64,000 bases of DNA from the human T2T-CHM13v2.0 reference genome, Homo sapiens. A program made the position numbers and the translations under genes. The stretch lies in the NCBI RefSeq assembly GCF_009914755.1, contig NC_060940.1; one strand, given 5' to 3'. The notes beneath the pieces were generated by a model. That model ran no database searches, was not told the DNA's origin, and worked only from the letters and a program-made list of their open reading frames with translations. Positions 24,641 to 36,899 of the stretch are shown in pieces. The number at the start of each line of letters is the position of its first letter. Within the stretch, counting starts at the first letter, position 1.

Positions 24641-25487
24641 AAGACAACAATATACAAAGATATTCATAAACTCAATTCTCATTATAATTTTCAAAAGAGT
24701 TAATTAATGGTATTCCATATCATATGATATAACAAGTGCTGTAATCAATCTTTTAGAAATATTTAGTTCTTGAAAGTGGGACCCCCTGAGCATGGCCTGT
24801 GTTAAAACAGGAGGTGCATGGTGACCATCTCTTTATGAGACACCAGGCAGGATCCTCAGGGAGTTCTTACTGCAGCGTGGGCAGGTGGTGGTCTTGAGGC
24901 TGAAGGCTGGCTGAATGGAAACAGTCAGCCTGGAAAGGGGGATGTGGACGCTGGTGGTCTCACTCTCCTCCACAGCAGGACCCTTTCAAACCCCCTCATA
25001 CAAAGGCCAGAGGCCCTAGATATTGACACATGCCTTTAAGCCCTTGGATACTTCAAAGAAAGAAGATTAGGAGCCAGTCTTAGAACCTGTTCCCCAGAGA
25101 GATGCATTTGTCCAAAAGTTGATATTATCGATGTGGGTGGAAGCTGAGAGGAGCGTATAATTTCTTTAATAAAAGCTGGACTGTGTTTGCTTGGGCTCCT
25201 GAGTTTTTCTGCTTCCTCCCGAGCATTCTCAGGGGCTGGGATGGCCTCCTATGATCGGCACGAATGTTTGATCAGCTATGCGTCTTCTCCAGGGCAGCTC
25301 AGATGATCCGAAAGGCTTCGGAGCTCTGGTTGTCTCCAGAGTTTTCCTTCTTAAATTCTTTGTTTCCTTCAGAATTCATTATAAATGACATAATTACATC
25401 TCTTTTTCTTCTCTGATTGAGCATATTTCTCACACATGGTGATTTGCCACTCAGATGTGGGAGGAGGCTGAGCAATGTCATATGCAA

Positions 25488-25788
25488 CCAAAGCACTGCG
25501 TCTCCCTTCCGGAACTGCACTGCCTCTCACCCAAGCACTCCACTCCCTTCCAGAACTGCACTGCCTCCCACCCAAGCACTCCACTCCCTTCCAGAACTCC
25601 ACTGCCTCTCACCCACACTCCTCTCCCTTCCAGAACTGCACTGCCTCTCACCCAAGCACTCCACTCCCTTCCAGAACTCCACTGCCTCTCACCCAAGCAC
25701 TCCACTCCCTTCCAGAACTCCACTGCCTCTCACCCAAGCACTCCACTCCCTTCCAGAACTCCACTGCCTCTCACCCAAGCACTCCACT
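25488..25788. repeat. Minisatellite, ~7 copies of a 41-bp unit
   Basis: Unit TCCCTTCCAGAACT(G/C)CACTGCCTCTCACCCAAGCACTCCAC starting at 25503, 25544, 25585, 25624, 25665, 25706 and 25747. Confidence 0.97.
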
Positions 25789-26142
25789 TGCCACTGTCCC
25801 TCTCCAACTTTCCCCTAGTTCGGGACATTGACAGATTCCCCACAAACCCATGAGAAAGAGAAGACTGTCTGGGTCAGCACAAAATTGAATTTCAGAAAAT
25901 AATGAAGTCCTTTGCCGGGAATGATATTTCCTAAGAGAAGACATACCACCAATTGGGATGTTACCAAAAAAAAAATTGGGTATATATTGTTCCCAATATA
26001 TATTTTATTGATATATGATTGCTATAATTACTTGCTTAGAGACAAATATTCTATTAGACCATGGCATTCCAGCTCCAGTGAAAGTAGAAAAGGGGATTTG
26101 ATAGCAAATTATAAACTGTGACAAGAGAAATTTAAAATTAGA

Positions 26143-26461
<319 letters not shown>

Positions 26462-26484
26462 TTAGAGACAGACACAAGGGAATT

Positions 26485-26945
26485 TGTTCATTCATTCATT
26501 CGTTTACTTCACTAATATTTATTGTGTTTCTTTCCATGCCAGGAACCACTGTGTTAGGTATAATTATGGTGGTTGAGCAATAAGAGCTTGTATTTGTGGA
26601 GCACGTATTATGTGTTAAGTATGATCTCATTTAATTCCATCAGATAGGAACCAATCCTATTATTATTATTATTATTCTACAGAGAAGGAAAATATAGATT
26701 AGTGAAGCTAAATGGCTGCCCAAAGTCAGTGTAGCTAATAAGCAGCAGATCTTGAGTCTGACACTAAAGCCCCTAAGTTTGTATAAAGGGCTACATTGCC
26801 ACTTAAAGCAAGTAAAGTCCTTATTCTCATGGAGTTTGCATTCTAGTGGGGGAGACAGTCAATTGAAAATAGAGGCATAAGTATACACATAAATAAGCAA
26901 GATCATTTCAAATAGCAGTAAGAGCTCAAGAAAATATAAAATGGA
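26485..26945 (-). mobile_element. L2 3' end with a nested MIR
   Basis: 'ttcattcattcattc...atatttattg', MIR core at 26580-26790, then L2 resumes with 'ctcatggagtttgcattctagtgggggagacag'. Confidence 0.75.
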
Positions 26946-27324
26946 GTGATGCGCAAGGCAGAGACAAGGTGGAGGTGCCGGGAAGATCCCCCACCCCAGT
27001 TGAACACTTGTAATGGCTGAACCAACTCTCTTTGAGCCTAGTTGTTTCATCTGAAGGCAGGAACCTGGACAAGAGGTTCCTTCTGTAGCTCATTTCATTC
27101 CACAGTGGCATGGGCAGCATGGGCTGCCATTTACAACTCGTATTCTTCTTCTGTGTTCTGACATATGGAGTTTTTCCAACCCAGACAGAGCTAGGCCACT
27201 AGATATGAGCAGACTCAGATGCTACCTAAATAAAAAGTTACCTTTGTCCTTAAGCAAATAATCCTACACAGGACACTCAGATATGGCAGTAAACAAATGT
27301 CTAAGTGTTTCATGGAAAATACTA

Positions 27325-27533
27325 AAACACTCAACTGGTGGGCAGTGTTACCTTCCAAGTGACATTTGGCAATATCTAGAGGCTTCTGGGGTTGTCACAA
27401 ACTGGGGGAAGAATGCTACTGACATCTAATGGGTAGAGGCCAGGGAAACTGCTGAACATCATACCATTCACAGGGCAGCCCCCTACAATAAATAATTATC
27501 TAGCCCAAAATTTCACTACTGGGAAATCTCATG
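27325..27533. mobile_element. MER20 (hAT-Charlie)
   Basis: 'gacatttggcaatatctagag...gttgtcacaa...tgctactgacatctaatgggtagaggccaggga...aattatctagcccaaaat'. Confidence 0.9.
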
Positions 27534-28779
27534 CTACAGTGAGGTAGAGAGATAATAGATAGATAGACAGATAGGTGATAGATAGACTGCCATCCTCATT
27601 TTCTGGTAACTTTCTCTACCTCCAAAATCTGCCCCAAATTGATGGAGACAAGAGCTTTCAACAATTTTTTACTAAAACTTTCCATCAAAAGTCCAACCCA
27701 AAAAGCAGGGTCAGGAAGCCTCCCACATTTAAAACGATCTCACACAGCCATCAGAGAAAGAGAAGGACTCCCTCAAAGATGTTGAGAGAGAGAGACAATG
27801 TCTAAATCTTTACTTGTGTAAAATTGATAATACAAAACATATCTCTATTAGGTTCTTTCTTAATTGAAACAATGCTTTCTTTCATCCCTGCCAGGAAGAA
27901 GAAAAATCATGTTTCCAGCTTGGGCTGCTGTTTCATCTGTTGGACTTGCTTGTGAGCTAAGCCAAATTTCATTAAAAATTATTGGTCTCATAACTTTTTT
28001 TGTTTTTCCCTTTAAAGAGTCCCATATGGAACCAATATTGTGATAGGATTGTAGCTGCATAAAGTCATTGGGCATTTTGACCCACTCTCTGCTTCTTGGT
28101 AGATTCTAAGTACAGATCTAATTATTTTTTCCTTCAAGTATTAAGCGAATATCTCTGCAAACAAATCCAAATTTAGAAAGCTAGATTGAAGAAATGGAGA
28201 AGCAAATCTAGTCAACTCATAGAAATCTTTCTTCTCCTCTCTTGCTCTGTCTCCAAGAGAACCTCTACACCTTCTTTTAAGGTGCCAGCCATCTTAAGCT
28301 CTTGTCTGATTAAGAAATTCTCTGGTAGAACCAGAGCATCTGCAAAAGCATAAAATATGATCACAGCCTTTGCACAAGTATTTTAACAACCCAACCTTAT
28401 GATAGGTTATATTTCATTGACTTGGAAGAAACACTGCATTATCTGGGAAAACAGCACAGATGTTGCCTAATAAACGTTTTGGTTTATGCATTGTATTAAC
28501 CTCATGAAACATTTATGCAAATCTCACATTAACAAAAGGTAAAAGAACCATTCTATGTTATGAAGCATACAACAGGATGATCTTTGTCATGTTTTTGTTT
28601 CTGTTGTTGTTGTTTCACCTTGGTATTTTATGGGTCTGTTTGTAACTCTTGGAGTTTCTATTTAGGAGGACACAAGAGCATTGCAGATTTTCATCTCTTC
28701 TGTTTTCAGTTCTGTTATCATCCCTTCCAGCTGACTTCACATTTTATGATGCTAATGGGGGGTGTGTGGTTTTGAGTTT

Positions 28780-29085
28780 CTCTCCTGTCAGCTGGTCAGT
28801 GGGTCTGAGGGATATATTTAATAGAATCTGACAGCTGATGGAACTGGCCTCATTGAAAGAGGATTTGATATGTGGAGTGAATGTGGCGACCCTGAAATCG
28901 CCATAATAACGGCCATTATTATTCTGCCTCTCGCAGCCAATATAACTCTCCCTCTTGTACACACCAGTACATGTGTATAAAAGACATGACTTATGGATGG
29001 TTTCTTCCGTACACTGATCTGAGGGCCATTTAGATAGCATGTCAAAACAGATTAACTGTCTTATCCTGCCACAAAATTAAGGGGG
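28780..29085. promoter_or_regulatory. Candidate conserved enhancer-like unique block
   Basis: No repeat recognised. Opposed MEIS sites with E-boxes, homeodomain TAAT/TTAT cores and retained CpGs. Function is inferred only. Confidence 0.4.
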
Positions 29086-29484
29086 GGAAAGAGAACTTTA
29101 CACAACTCTGCCCAACATATGCACTCTGTGCCCATAAACAAAGCCAGCACAGAAGGGCCACAGATTGTCTCTGGGTGGGGGTTAAGAGAATCAGGCACCC
29201 AGAAAAGCTGCAGGCTCACCCACTTAAGGTGCCCGCTCCAGTGAGGACCCAAGGGCACTGCCTGAGATATGGTGAGGGCAGCTGGAGCCACAGGTAGGAA
29301 CCTACCTCCTGAAAGGCTGGTGCTATGCTTTACCTGTGTGCATGTGCCTGGGATGTTGGGGTGGGTGTTGGCCCACCTCGGCCCTGCTGAACTGGACTCG
29401 CTGTTGAAATCAACATCTCAACCTGCATCCTGGCAACCTGAAACAGCCACATTCTCTGCCAAACCTGCCTGCCTACTGGTTACT

Positions 29485-29720
29485 AAAGTTCGTTAACACT
29501 TATCGTGTGCTTGTTCCATGCTAAATTTTACCTGTAGAGACCCTTTTAATCTTCCCAAGAACCCTAAACTGTAGATATTATTATTATTAATTATGATTAT
29601 CACCTCCATTTTACATATGAAGAAACTGAGAGAAAGGTAAACTAAGTAACTGGTCTCAAGTCAGAGCTAATAATTGATGGAGTCAGGATGGAATCTCAGG
29701 CCGTCAGAGCCCATTGCCAT
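29485..29720 (-). mobile_element. MIR
   Basis: 'ctccattttacatatgaagaaactgag...aagtaactggtctcaagtca'. Confidence 0.8.
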
Positions 29721-31109
29721 AACAGTGACTGTCCTCTTCTGCTTCTGTTTGTCCCCCAGCCAACAAGAAGTATGTGTGAGTGTGTGTCTGCATACGTGGG
29801 CATATGCACGTATAAAAATTCTTAGACACAAATGTTCCCCTAGAAATCATCTGGCCACCCCCTTAGTTGCAGCCAAATCCCCACTCAATCAAGAAAGTTA
29901 CTGTGTTTTTTCCTCTGTAAACCGGGCACCTCCCATCCCATGGGCTGGCACAAAGACAAGGGGGAGAACCTGTGTGCACCTAGCATAGCCCCAGGCCTGG
30001 GAGGTTGGCCGGGAAGCACTCACCTCTCCTGTCCTTCATTTCCAACCTCAGAAACCCACCCCTGTTCCCTGCCTCCTGTCAACGAGCTGACCTCCCCATC
30101 TTCAGCCATGCAACACCGCTGTCTGAGGTTATCATTTCAGGCAATGATATCAGAAGCAGTTGATTCCACATTTCCGAAAATAATCCTTTTATTTATCCAC
30201 TGTCATCTTCCGGCGCAAAAAACAAAGAAAAGGAAAATGGTTGCAGAGAAGCCAGCCGATGTGTCCGGGGTACCTGAGGAAAGCAGGCCAGATGCTAGGA
30301 GATATCCTTGTGGCTGTCAGTGTTTAAATTACATAGAGCTGGTACTTTTTAGGTCAGAAGCATAAAACCTACTATTGATCTTGAGCAATGCATCCAATTT
30401 TGAATGTCTGTTAAAGCCCCAGGCACTTCAATGCCACATAATCAATATTTCTTTTCATTCGTTCTTTCTTTTTTTGTTGTAGAAAGCGTATGGGTTTGTT
30501 TACCCTTCCTGCAGGCATCCAACCTGGCCTTTTATTCCTGCTCAAGTAGGACATGCAGCCTGCTGGGGACCCGTGGCTCAAATCCTCCAACTGCAGGACT
30601 GCCGGCCCTGGGACTCATGAATAATGGAAGTGCAGTAACCACTCCTTACAGCCCAGACGACTTTCCAGGAGCAGGCTGTACCCCGAAAGTAAACAAGGAA
30701 CAAGGGGCAAGGAGACAGAGAGAGATGGGGAAATGTGAGATCATGTTTAACTCATTGTAGACCCTAAGATAAGACAGTACGTGCAATCTTGAAATTTAGA
30801 GTAGAAAAGGGCCTGGGAGATTATCTGGGAGAAACATTCCCTTTCAATTTGCAGATGGAAAAACTGGCCAAGGCTCCTTATGCCTGGGTTGTTGAAATGG
30901 TCCAGGGAACATGAGCTGGGCCATATGGAATATGGGTTAAGCTTTGATCTCTATTAAGAAAAGGGTTTCGGGTCGACCAGATGACCATAGCAGTCTTTCT
31001 ATTCTGACTCTGAGGACAACCTAGTAAGCAGGTCAACCAGGTAGGCTGGTGTGATTCAAAGCTACAAGGCCATTGCATCCCTGACTAAAGGCCTGGTGGC
31101 TATGTCTGT

Positions 31110-31660
31110 GGTGGTGGTTTTGAAGAAGTGTATTCTTCTACGGGCTGCTACATAGACTTGGCCTTGAAGGATGAAGAGCACAGAGAAGTAAAACTGGTGA
31201 GGGGTAAGGGGTGGGGACAGAGGTAAGAAGACAAAATGACAAGTGGTGCAAAGACAGAAGTGAGAAGCAGCATGGTGCATTGATGGACTTGCAAATGGTT
31301 CACACGAGCAGCAGAGCAGAGGGTGTGGAGGCAGCAAGAGAGACAGCATCACAGGAGCCTGGCCGTGCCCTGCACTGAGGAGTTTTCAACTCTTGGCTTT
31401 GAAGCCTTTTGAATCAGGCAGTGATACAATCAGTGTTGCACTGGAGAAAGTTCATGTTGGCTGGAGGGCAAAGGATGGATTGCAGGAAGCAAGACTGGGG
31501 TCAGGGAGCCAGACAGCAGATTACTCCAGAGGCCAGGCAGACCCTGATGATGGCCAAACCAGAAAGGAGCAGGTCGGGGGATGGGTTTCTCATATTCACA
31601 GGGAGGCTCTGCAGGATTGGAGGAGGGTCTGGACAGATAAAGTGATGGGAAAAATCACAG
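31110..31660 (-). mobile_element. L2 fragment
   Basis: 'ggccttgaaggatga...caggcagtgatacaatcag...ggatggattgcaggaagcaagactgg'. Confidence 0.65.
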
Positions 31661-31689
31661 TGGCAGGCAGGGTCACTTAAAAATTTTAG

Positions 31690-31860
31690 CACTACATGTG
31701 AATCGTTGTGGTTTACTGTGTGACTTTTGACAAGTCACTTAACTTCTCTGAGCTTCAGTTTCCTTACCTATAATGTGAGAATAACATGGGGATTTCATGA
31801 TTAAATGAGGTAATACATGAAAATGTTTTCCATAGTGCCCACCATGTAGTAAACCTTCAT
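31690..31860 (+). mobile_element. MIR
   Basis: 'ctgtgtgacttttgacaagtcacttaacttctctgagcttcagtttcc'. Confidence 0.85.
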
Positions 31861-31948
31861 TGTTTAGAAGGTGACACCTGACTTCTATTATATTATTGAC
31901 CATGTGGAGAGTGTCCAATGAGACATGATGTGTTTTGAAGTAGCATCA

Positions 31949-32130
31949 CCTTTTTTTTTTTTTTTGACAGAGACTCCCTCTGTCACCCAGGCTGGAGTGT
32001 AGTAGCATGATCTTGGCTCACTGTAACCTCTGCCCCCTTGGTTCAAGTGATTCTTCTGCCTCAGCCTCCTGAGTAGCTGGGTCTACAAGATCACACCACC
32101 ATGCCTGGCTAATTTTTGTATTTTTAGTAG
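31949..32130 (-). mobile_element. 5'-truncated Alu (right arm plus linker)
   Basis: Flanked by an exact 12-bp TSD GAAGTAGCATCA at 31937-31948 and 32130-32141. Confidence 0.93.
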
Positions 32131-32719
32131 AAGTAGCATCATTTTTAACCCAGTCTTGAAATAGATAGCTTGAGTCATAAGCTGTTTCCAGGAAGCACGC
32201 TGGAGTTACTTCTCTAGTGCGGGAAGACAACAACATAAGCACATACCTATCTATCTCCCAGATTCCCCAGAAAATGACCAACTGTATATAAAAATAAGAA
32301 AAAACTTATCCATACTGGATATTAGCAAAGGGTGGTATTTATAGGCCAGGAGGTCTGAGGAACATCTGTTAGATACACGGCAGATGGGCCAGATTGAAGA
32401 ATTCATTATTTCCACAATGGGAAGGAGTGGTCTGTTTGATAGAAATTTCAAAACTGTCTTTGCAGATCCTCACCAACAGCCCTGCTGCAGTGAAAACTGG
32501 AGGTGAGAGTGGGCTAAAGCCTCTAAAACTGGTCAGTGCCATGGATAAGTGGCCATGGTGCCAGGGGCACAGTGAAGGGGACCCCCAGACCAGACCAGCA
32601 ATTCCTTGGGACTAAACTCTGAAGCCAACTTCCACCAGGCCTGGGTCAGGGCACAGCCCCAGCAGACTGCTGGTGGCTGAGCTTTAGTAGACATGAATTC
32701 TCATTTTCCCAGCATCCCA

Positions 32720-33960
32720 GATCCTCTTACCCTAGTAATGACTCTGATTTTGAACTTGGAGTCAACCCTTCTCTTCATTCTGAGTCCACATGGTCTGGAA
32801 GGATCTCCAGGATGAGGTTCTTGACTCAGGTCTGGTCAATCCAGCACTAAATGGACCTTGACACAGTGATTGATTCAGGAATGGTCTCACCACCCAGGGT
32901 GGTCCAATCAGAAAGGCTCTCAAAAGTTTAGTGGGAGTCCACAATAAGATATGACTGCACAACACAAGCATGGCTACAGCCAAATAGAGAGATCTCAACA
33001 AGACTGGCAAGGAAGTGGAGAAACTGAACCCTTAGACACTGCTGATGTGAGTGTAAAATAGTATAGCTGCTTTGGAAAACAGCCAGTTTCTCAAAAGGTG
33101 AACTGTGTCACCCAGCAATTCCACTCTTCAATACCTACCCTAGAGAAATGAAACCAAATGTTCACATAATGCACACAAATGATCCCAGCAGCACTGTAAT
33201 AAACAAAAGGTGGAAACAAACCAAGTATCTTTCAACCAGTGAATGTATAAACAAAATGTGATGAATCCATACAATGGAGTATTATTCAGCCATGAAAAGA
33301 AATAAGATTCAGGCACACGCTGCAACATAGGTGAGCCTCTCAATCATCATGCAAAGTAAAAAAAGCCTAGTGCAAAAGACCACGTATTGTATGAAATGTC
33401 CGGAACAGGCAAATCCATAGAGACAGAGAGTGGATTCATGGTTACCTAGGGCTGGGAGAAAGGAGGATGGGGAGTGACTGCTCATGGGAATGGGGTTTCT
33501 TTTTGAGGTGATGAATTTTTTTTTAAATTGATTGTGCTGATGGTTGTATAATTCCATGAATATACTAAAATCACTGAATTTTACTTTAAGTGAGTGAACT
33601 GTATGGTATGTAAATTACATCTCAATAAAGCTCTTATTAATTTAAAAAAATGTTTAGTGGAAACCAAGGGAAAGATCCAAGCTCTATGCTGTTGGAATTG
33701 AGCTGATGGGAGGAGGAGGGGTGAGGCTGGAGCTGTTGTAGCCACTTTATCACCCAGAAGTTTTAGGGGCCACTACAGTGAGCCCAAGAATCAATCTAAC
33801 ACAGCAGGAAGCACACGGAAGCGATAGAAACTGGATTGTCAAGGATGTTGTTTTGACTTTAAATTCAGCTCTACTTGAAACCAGAACTACTCCTCGGTTT
33901 CCCTTCCTCAGTTACCTCCCTCTAAGTTGGGCTTTGTGTTCACAATAGAAAGACCCCCAG
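32720..33960 (+). mobile_element. Old MLT1 (J/K-like) LTR split by an L1 insertion
   Basis: 'gacacagtgattgattcaggaatgg...ggtccaatcaga' on the left and 'gaggctggagctgttgtagcca...aagttgggcttt' on the right. Confidence 0.6.
32938..33650 (+). mobile_element. L1MB-type 3' end
   Basis: 'acccagcaattccactc...gaaatgtccggaacaggcaaatccatagagacaga...acatctcaataaagct'. TSD-like 'gtttagtgg' on both sides. Confidence 0.85.
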
Positions 33961-34541
33961 TGCAAATACCAAACACTGAAAACACTCCTTGAGCAGGGAG
34001 TCCAAACTTCCTGCCACCACTCCCGTTCAGGCTGACCTCCTTACCCTGGCCTCTTCTAGCTTCCTCTTCTTCCTTCAGCATCTAGATCTTCGAATCAGCC
34101 AAAGAGAACTCCATCCAGTTTAATCCATTCCATTCTCCCATCGTCGTGGCCTGAATTATTCACACAGGGAACCGCACAATCTCTGACAGAACTCCTAGCA
34201 ATGGGTTAGTGAAGAGAAGCAAAGAAAAGTCACAGGCGCATGAGAAGACAGAACTGTTCACAACAAGGAGGACCACAGGTGCCTCCCAACTGAATTGAGT
34301 TACTGCAAGACGCAAGAGAAAATTTTCCAAGTCTGTTAATTCAAGTTGTCAGAAGGAATCAAGAACAAACTGTGGCTTCCATTTTCAGAAAGCGATTCGA
34401 GTTTATCTGTTTACTTCCCTTGCCTCTCCAAACCTTATTATAACCAAATTAAAAAACAAAAAATGAAAAGAAAGAAAGAAAATCTCTATCAGCACTAGAA
34501 ACTAAGCCATGGATAACCTAGAAACTTGAGTACTTTTCTTT

Positions 34542-35649
34542 ATTTTATTATTATTATATTTTAAGTTTTAGAGTACATGTGCACAATGTGCAGGATTGTT
34601 ACATATGTATACATGTGCCATGTTGGTGTGCTGCACCCATTAACTCGTCATTTAGCATTAGGTATATCTCCTAATGCTATCCCTCCCCCCTCCCCCCATC
34701 CCACAACAGTCCCTGGAGTGTGATGTTCCCCTTCCTGTGTCCGTTTGTTCTCATTGTTCAATTCCCACCTATGAGTGAGAACATGCAGTGTTTGTTTTTT
34801 TGTCCTTGTGATAGTTTGCTGAGAATGATGGCTTCCAGTTTCATCCATGTCCCTAAAAAGGACATGAACTCATCATTTTTTATGGCTGCACAGTATTCCA
34901 TGGTGTATATGTGCCACATTTTCTTAATCCAGTCTATCGTTGTTGGACATTTGGGTTGGTTCCAAGTCTTTGCTATTGTGAATAGTGCCGCAGTAAACAT
35001 ACATGTGCATGTGTCTTTATAGCAGCATGATTTATAATCCTTTGGGTATATACGCAGTAATGGGATGGCTGGGTCAAATGGTATTTCTCGTTCTAGATCC
35101 CTGAGGAATTGCCACACCGACTTCCACAATGGTTGAACTAGTTTACAGTCCCACCAACAGTGTAAAATTGTTCCTATTTCTCCACATCCTCTCCAGCACC
35201 TGTTGTTTCCTGACTTTTTAATGATCACCATTCTAACTGGTGTGAGATGGTATCTCATTGTGGTTTTGATTTGCATTTCTCTGATGGCCAGTGATGATGA
35301 GCATTTCTTCATGTGTTTTTTGGCTGCATAAATGTCTTCTTTTGAGAAGTGTCTGTTCATATCCTTCGCCCACTTTTTGATGGGGTTTTTGTTTTTTTCT
35401 TGTAAATTTGTTTGAATTCATTGTAGATTCTGGATATTAGCCCTTTGTCAGATGAGTAGGTTGCGAAAATTTTCTCCCATTTTGTAGGTTGCCTGTTCAC
35501 TCTGATGGTAGTTTCTTTTGCTGTGCAGAAGCTCTTTAGTTTAATTAGATCCCATTTGTCAATTTTGGCTTTTGTTGCCATTGCTTTTGGTGTTTTAGAC
35601 ATGAAGTCCTTGCCCATGCCTGTGTCCTGAATGGTATTGCCTAGGTTTT
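34542..35649 (-). mobile_element. Young 5'-truncated L1PA (PA2-PA4-like), ~1.1 kb, with ORF2 C-terminal remnant
   Basis: ORFs 35357-35617 and 34758-35360 give the ORF2p C-terminus (…[14 protein letters not shown]…MFSLIGGN*) split by a frameshift. Exact 17-bp TSD CTTGAGTACTTTTCTTT at 34525 and 35650, with a TT/AAAG endonuclease-type site. Confidence 0.97.
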
Positions 35650-36057
35650 CTTGAGTACTTTTCTTTAAAGGATTTGATGGAGAAGGAAAGTGGTTGAATG
35701 AAGGCTGCCGTCTAATGCAGGCATGGGAAGGGCCCCCGCAGAAGTGGAGGGGATCCCCAAGAGCTGCAAAAGCCCCTCAACCTTGGGTTCATGTTATTTA
35801 CTATCATGGACCCCAGGGTAATTGGTATGGGGCAGATTAAAGGACTCGAGGAATTGTCCCACTGCCCCTGATAGGAAACAGCCAAGAGCACCACTCACAC
35901 CAGGCTTCACGTGATGTAAATAGTGTGGGAAGGAAAAAACAACTATTGCTAAGGAGACTCAATGAAAGCAAGGATTTGCTGCCCTGATTTGGGGCTATTA
36001 GTACAGTCATGGCAGAGAAGTACATGCTTGGGACAATAATAAACCTTCCTGCCATAT

Positions 36058-36522
36058 TGATGCAGGACAGGCCAGCCCCTAAATTGAGGCTTAGCCCAGG
36101 AGAGTTCTTGGCCTCCCCAGGAAAGAATTTAAGGGCAAGACAGTGGTGTTAAACAGCCACTTCTATTGAAGCAGCAATGTACAGCAGAAGACAGGCTGCC
36201 CTGTAAGCTGTGTGCCCAGAATAGCAGCTTAGAAGTGCCACTGTGCTCATAGTTATAACCAATTTTAATTATATGCAAAATAAGGGGCAGTCCATGCAGA
36301 AATGTCTAGAATGAGGGAGGTAACTTCTGGGTTGTCGAGTGTTGCCATGAAAAGGTGGGGTGTAACTCCTGGGCGTTGCCATGGCACTGGTAAACTGACA
36401 TGGCCCACTGATGGGTGTGTCTTATGGGGAGGTGCTTCTGGCCCTGACCTGTTTTAGCTAGTCTTCAATTAGGTCTGGTGTCCAAGCCCCACCTCCAGAG
36501 TTGAGTTCTGCCTCCTGCCACA
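36058..36522 (-). mobile_element. MER66-like ERV1 solo LTR
   Basis: TG...CA ends. Minus-strand start 'tgtggcaggaggcagaactcaactctggaggtggggcttggacaccagacc...actagctaaaacagg'. Confidence 0.8.
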
Positions 36523-36899
36523 ATAGGAGAGTAAATGGAGCTCTCCTGGAAAGGCTAGATGGGGACGACCAGGAGAGGGTCCCGAGCAGTGGAGTGAGCA
36601 AATCTAAGCCCTGCAGATGGCTGCGGATGCTGCTGCCCCAATGCCTGCACAGGGTGAAAAGAAACCGCCAGGAAATGGTGCATTTTCCTGCTGCACCTTC
36701 CCACTCACCCACTTTCTTCTCCTCATAATCAACTGAACCTCCAAACTAAAAAAACACCTGCAGAATAGACCAAGAAGTCCTTTTCCCTTCTGTGAGTAAC
36801 ATATTTAAATAAGTTTCTAACAGAAGTATTCTCAAGTTGTAACAGTGGATCAACAGTTTTCCCTCTGCAAATACATACAATAAAAGAAAATGTAACAGA

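Noticed and set aside
25417-25853. Overlapping 118-133-aa ORFs
   Set aside because: These are translations of a stop-free 41-bp minisatellite.
29940-30760. 141-aa and 118-aa ORFs in unique DNA
   Set aside because: No recognisable homology or exon structure. The lengths are compatible with chance.
34758-35617. L1 ORF2 as a functional CDS
   Set aside because: It is 5'-truncated and frameshifted, and lacks the endonuclease and RT domains and a promoter.
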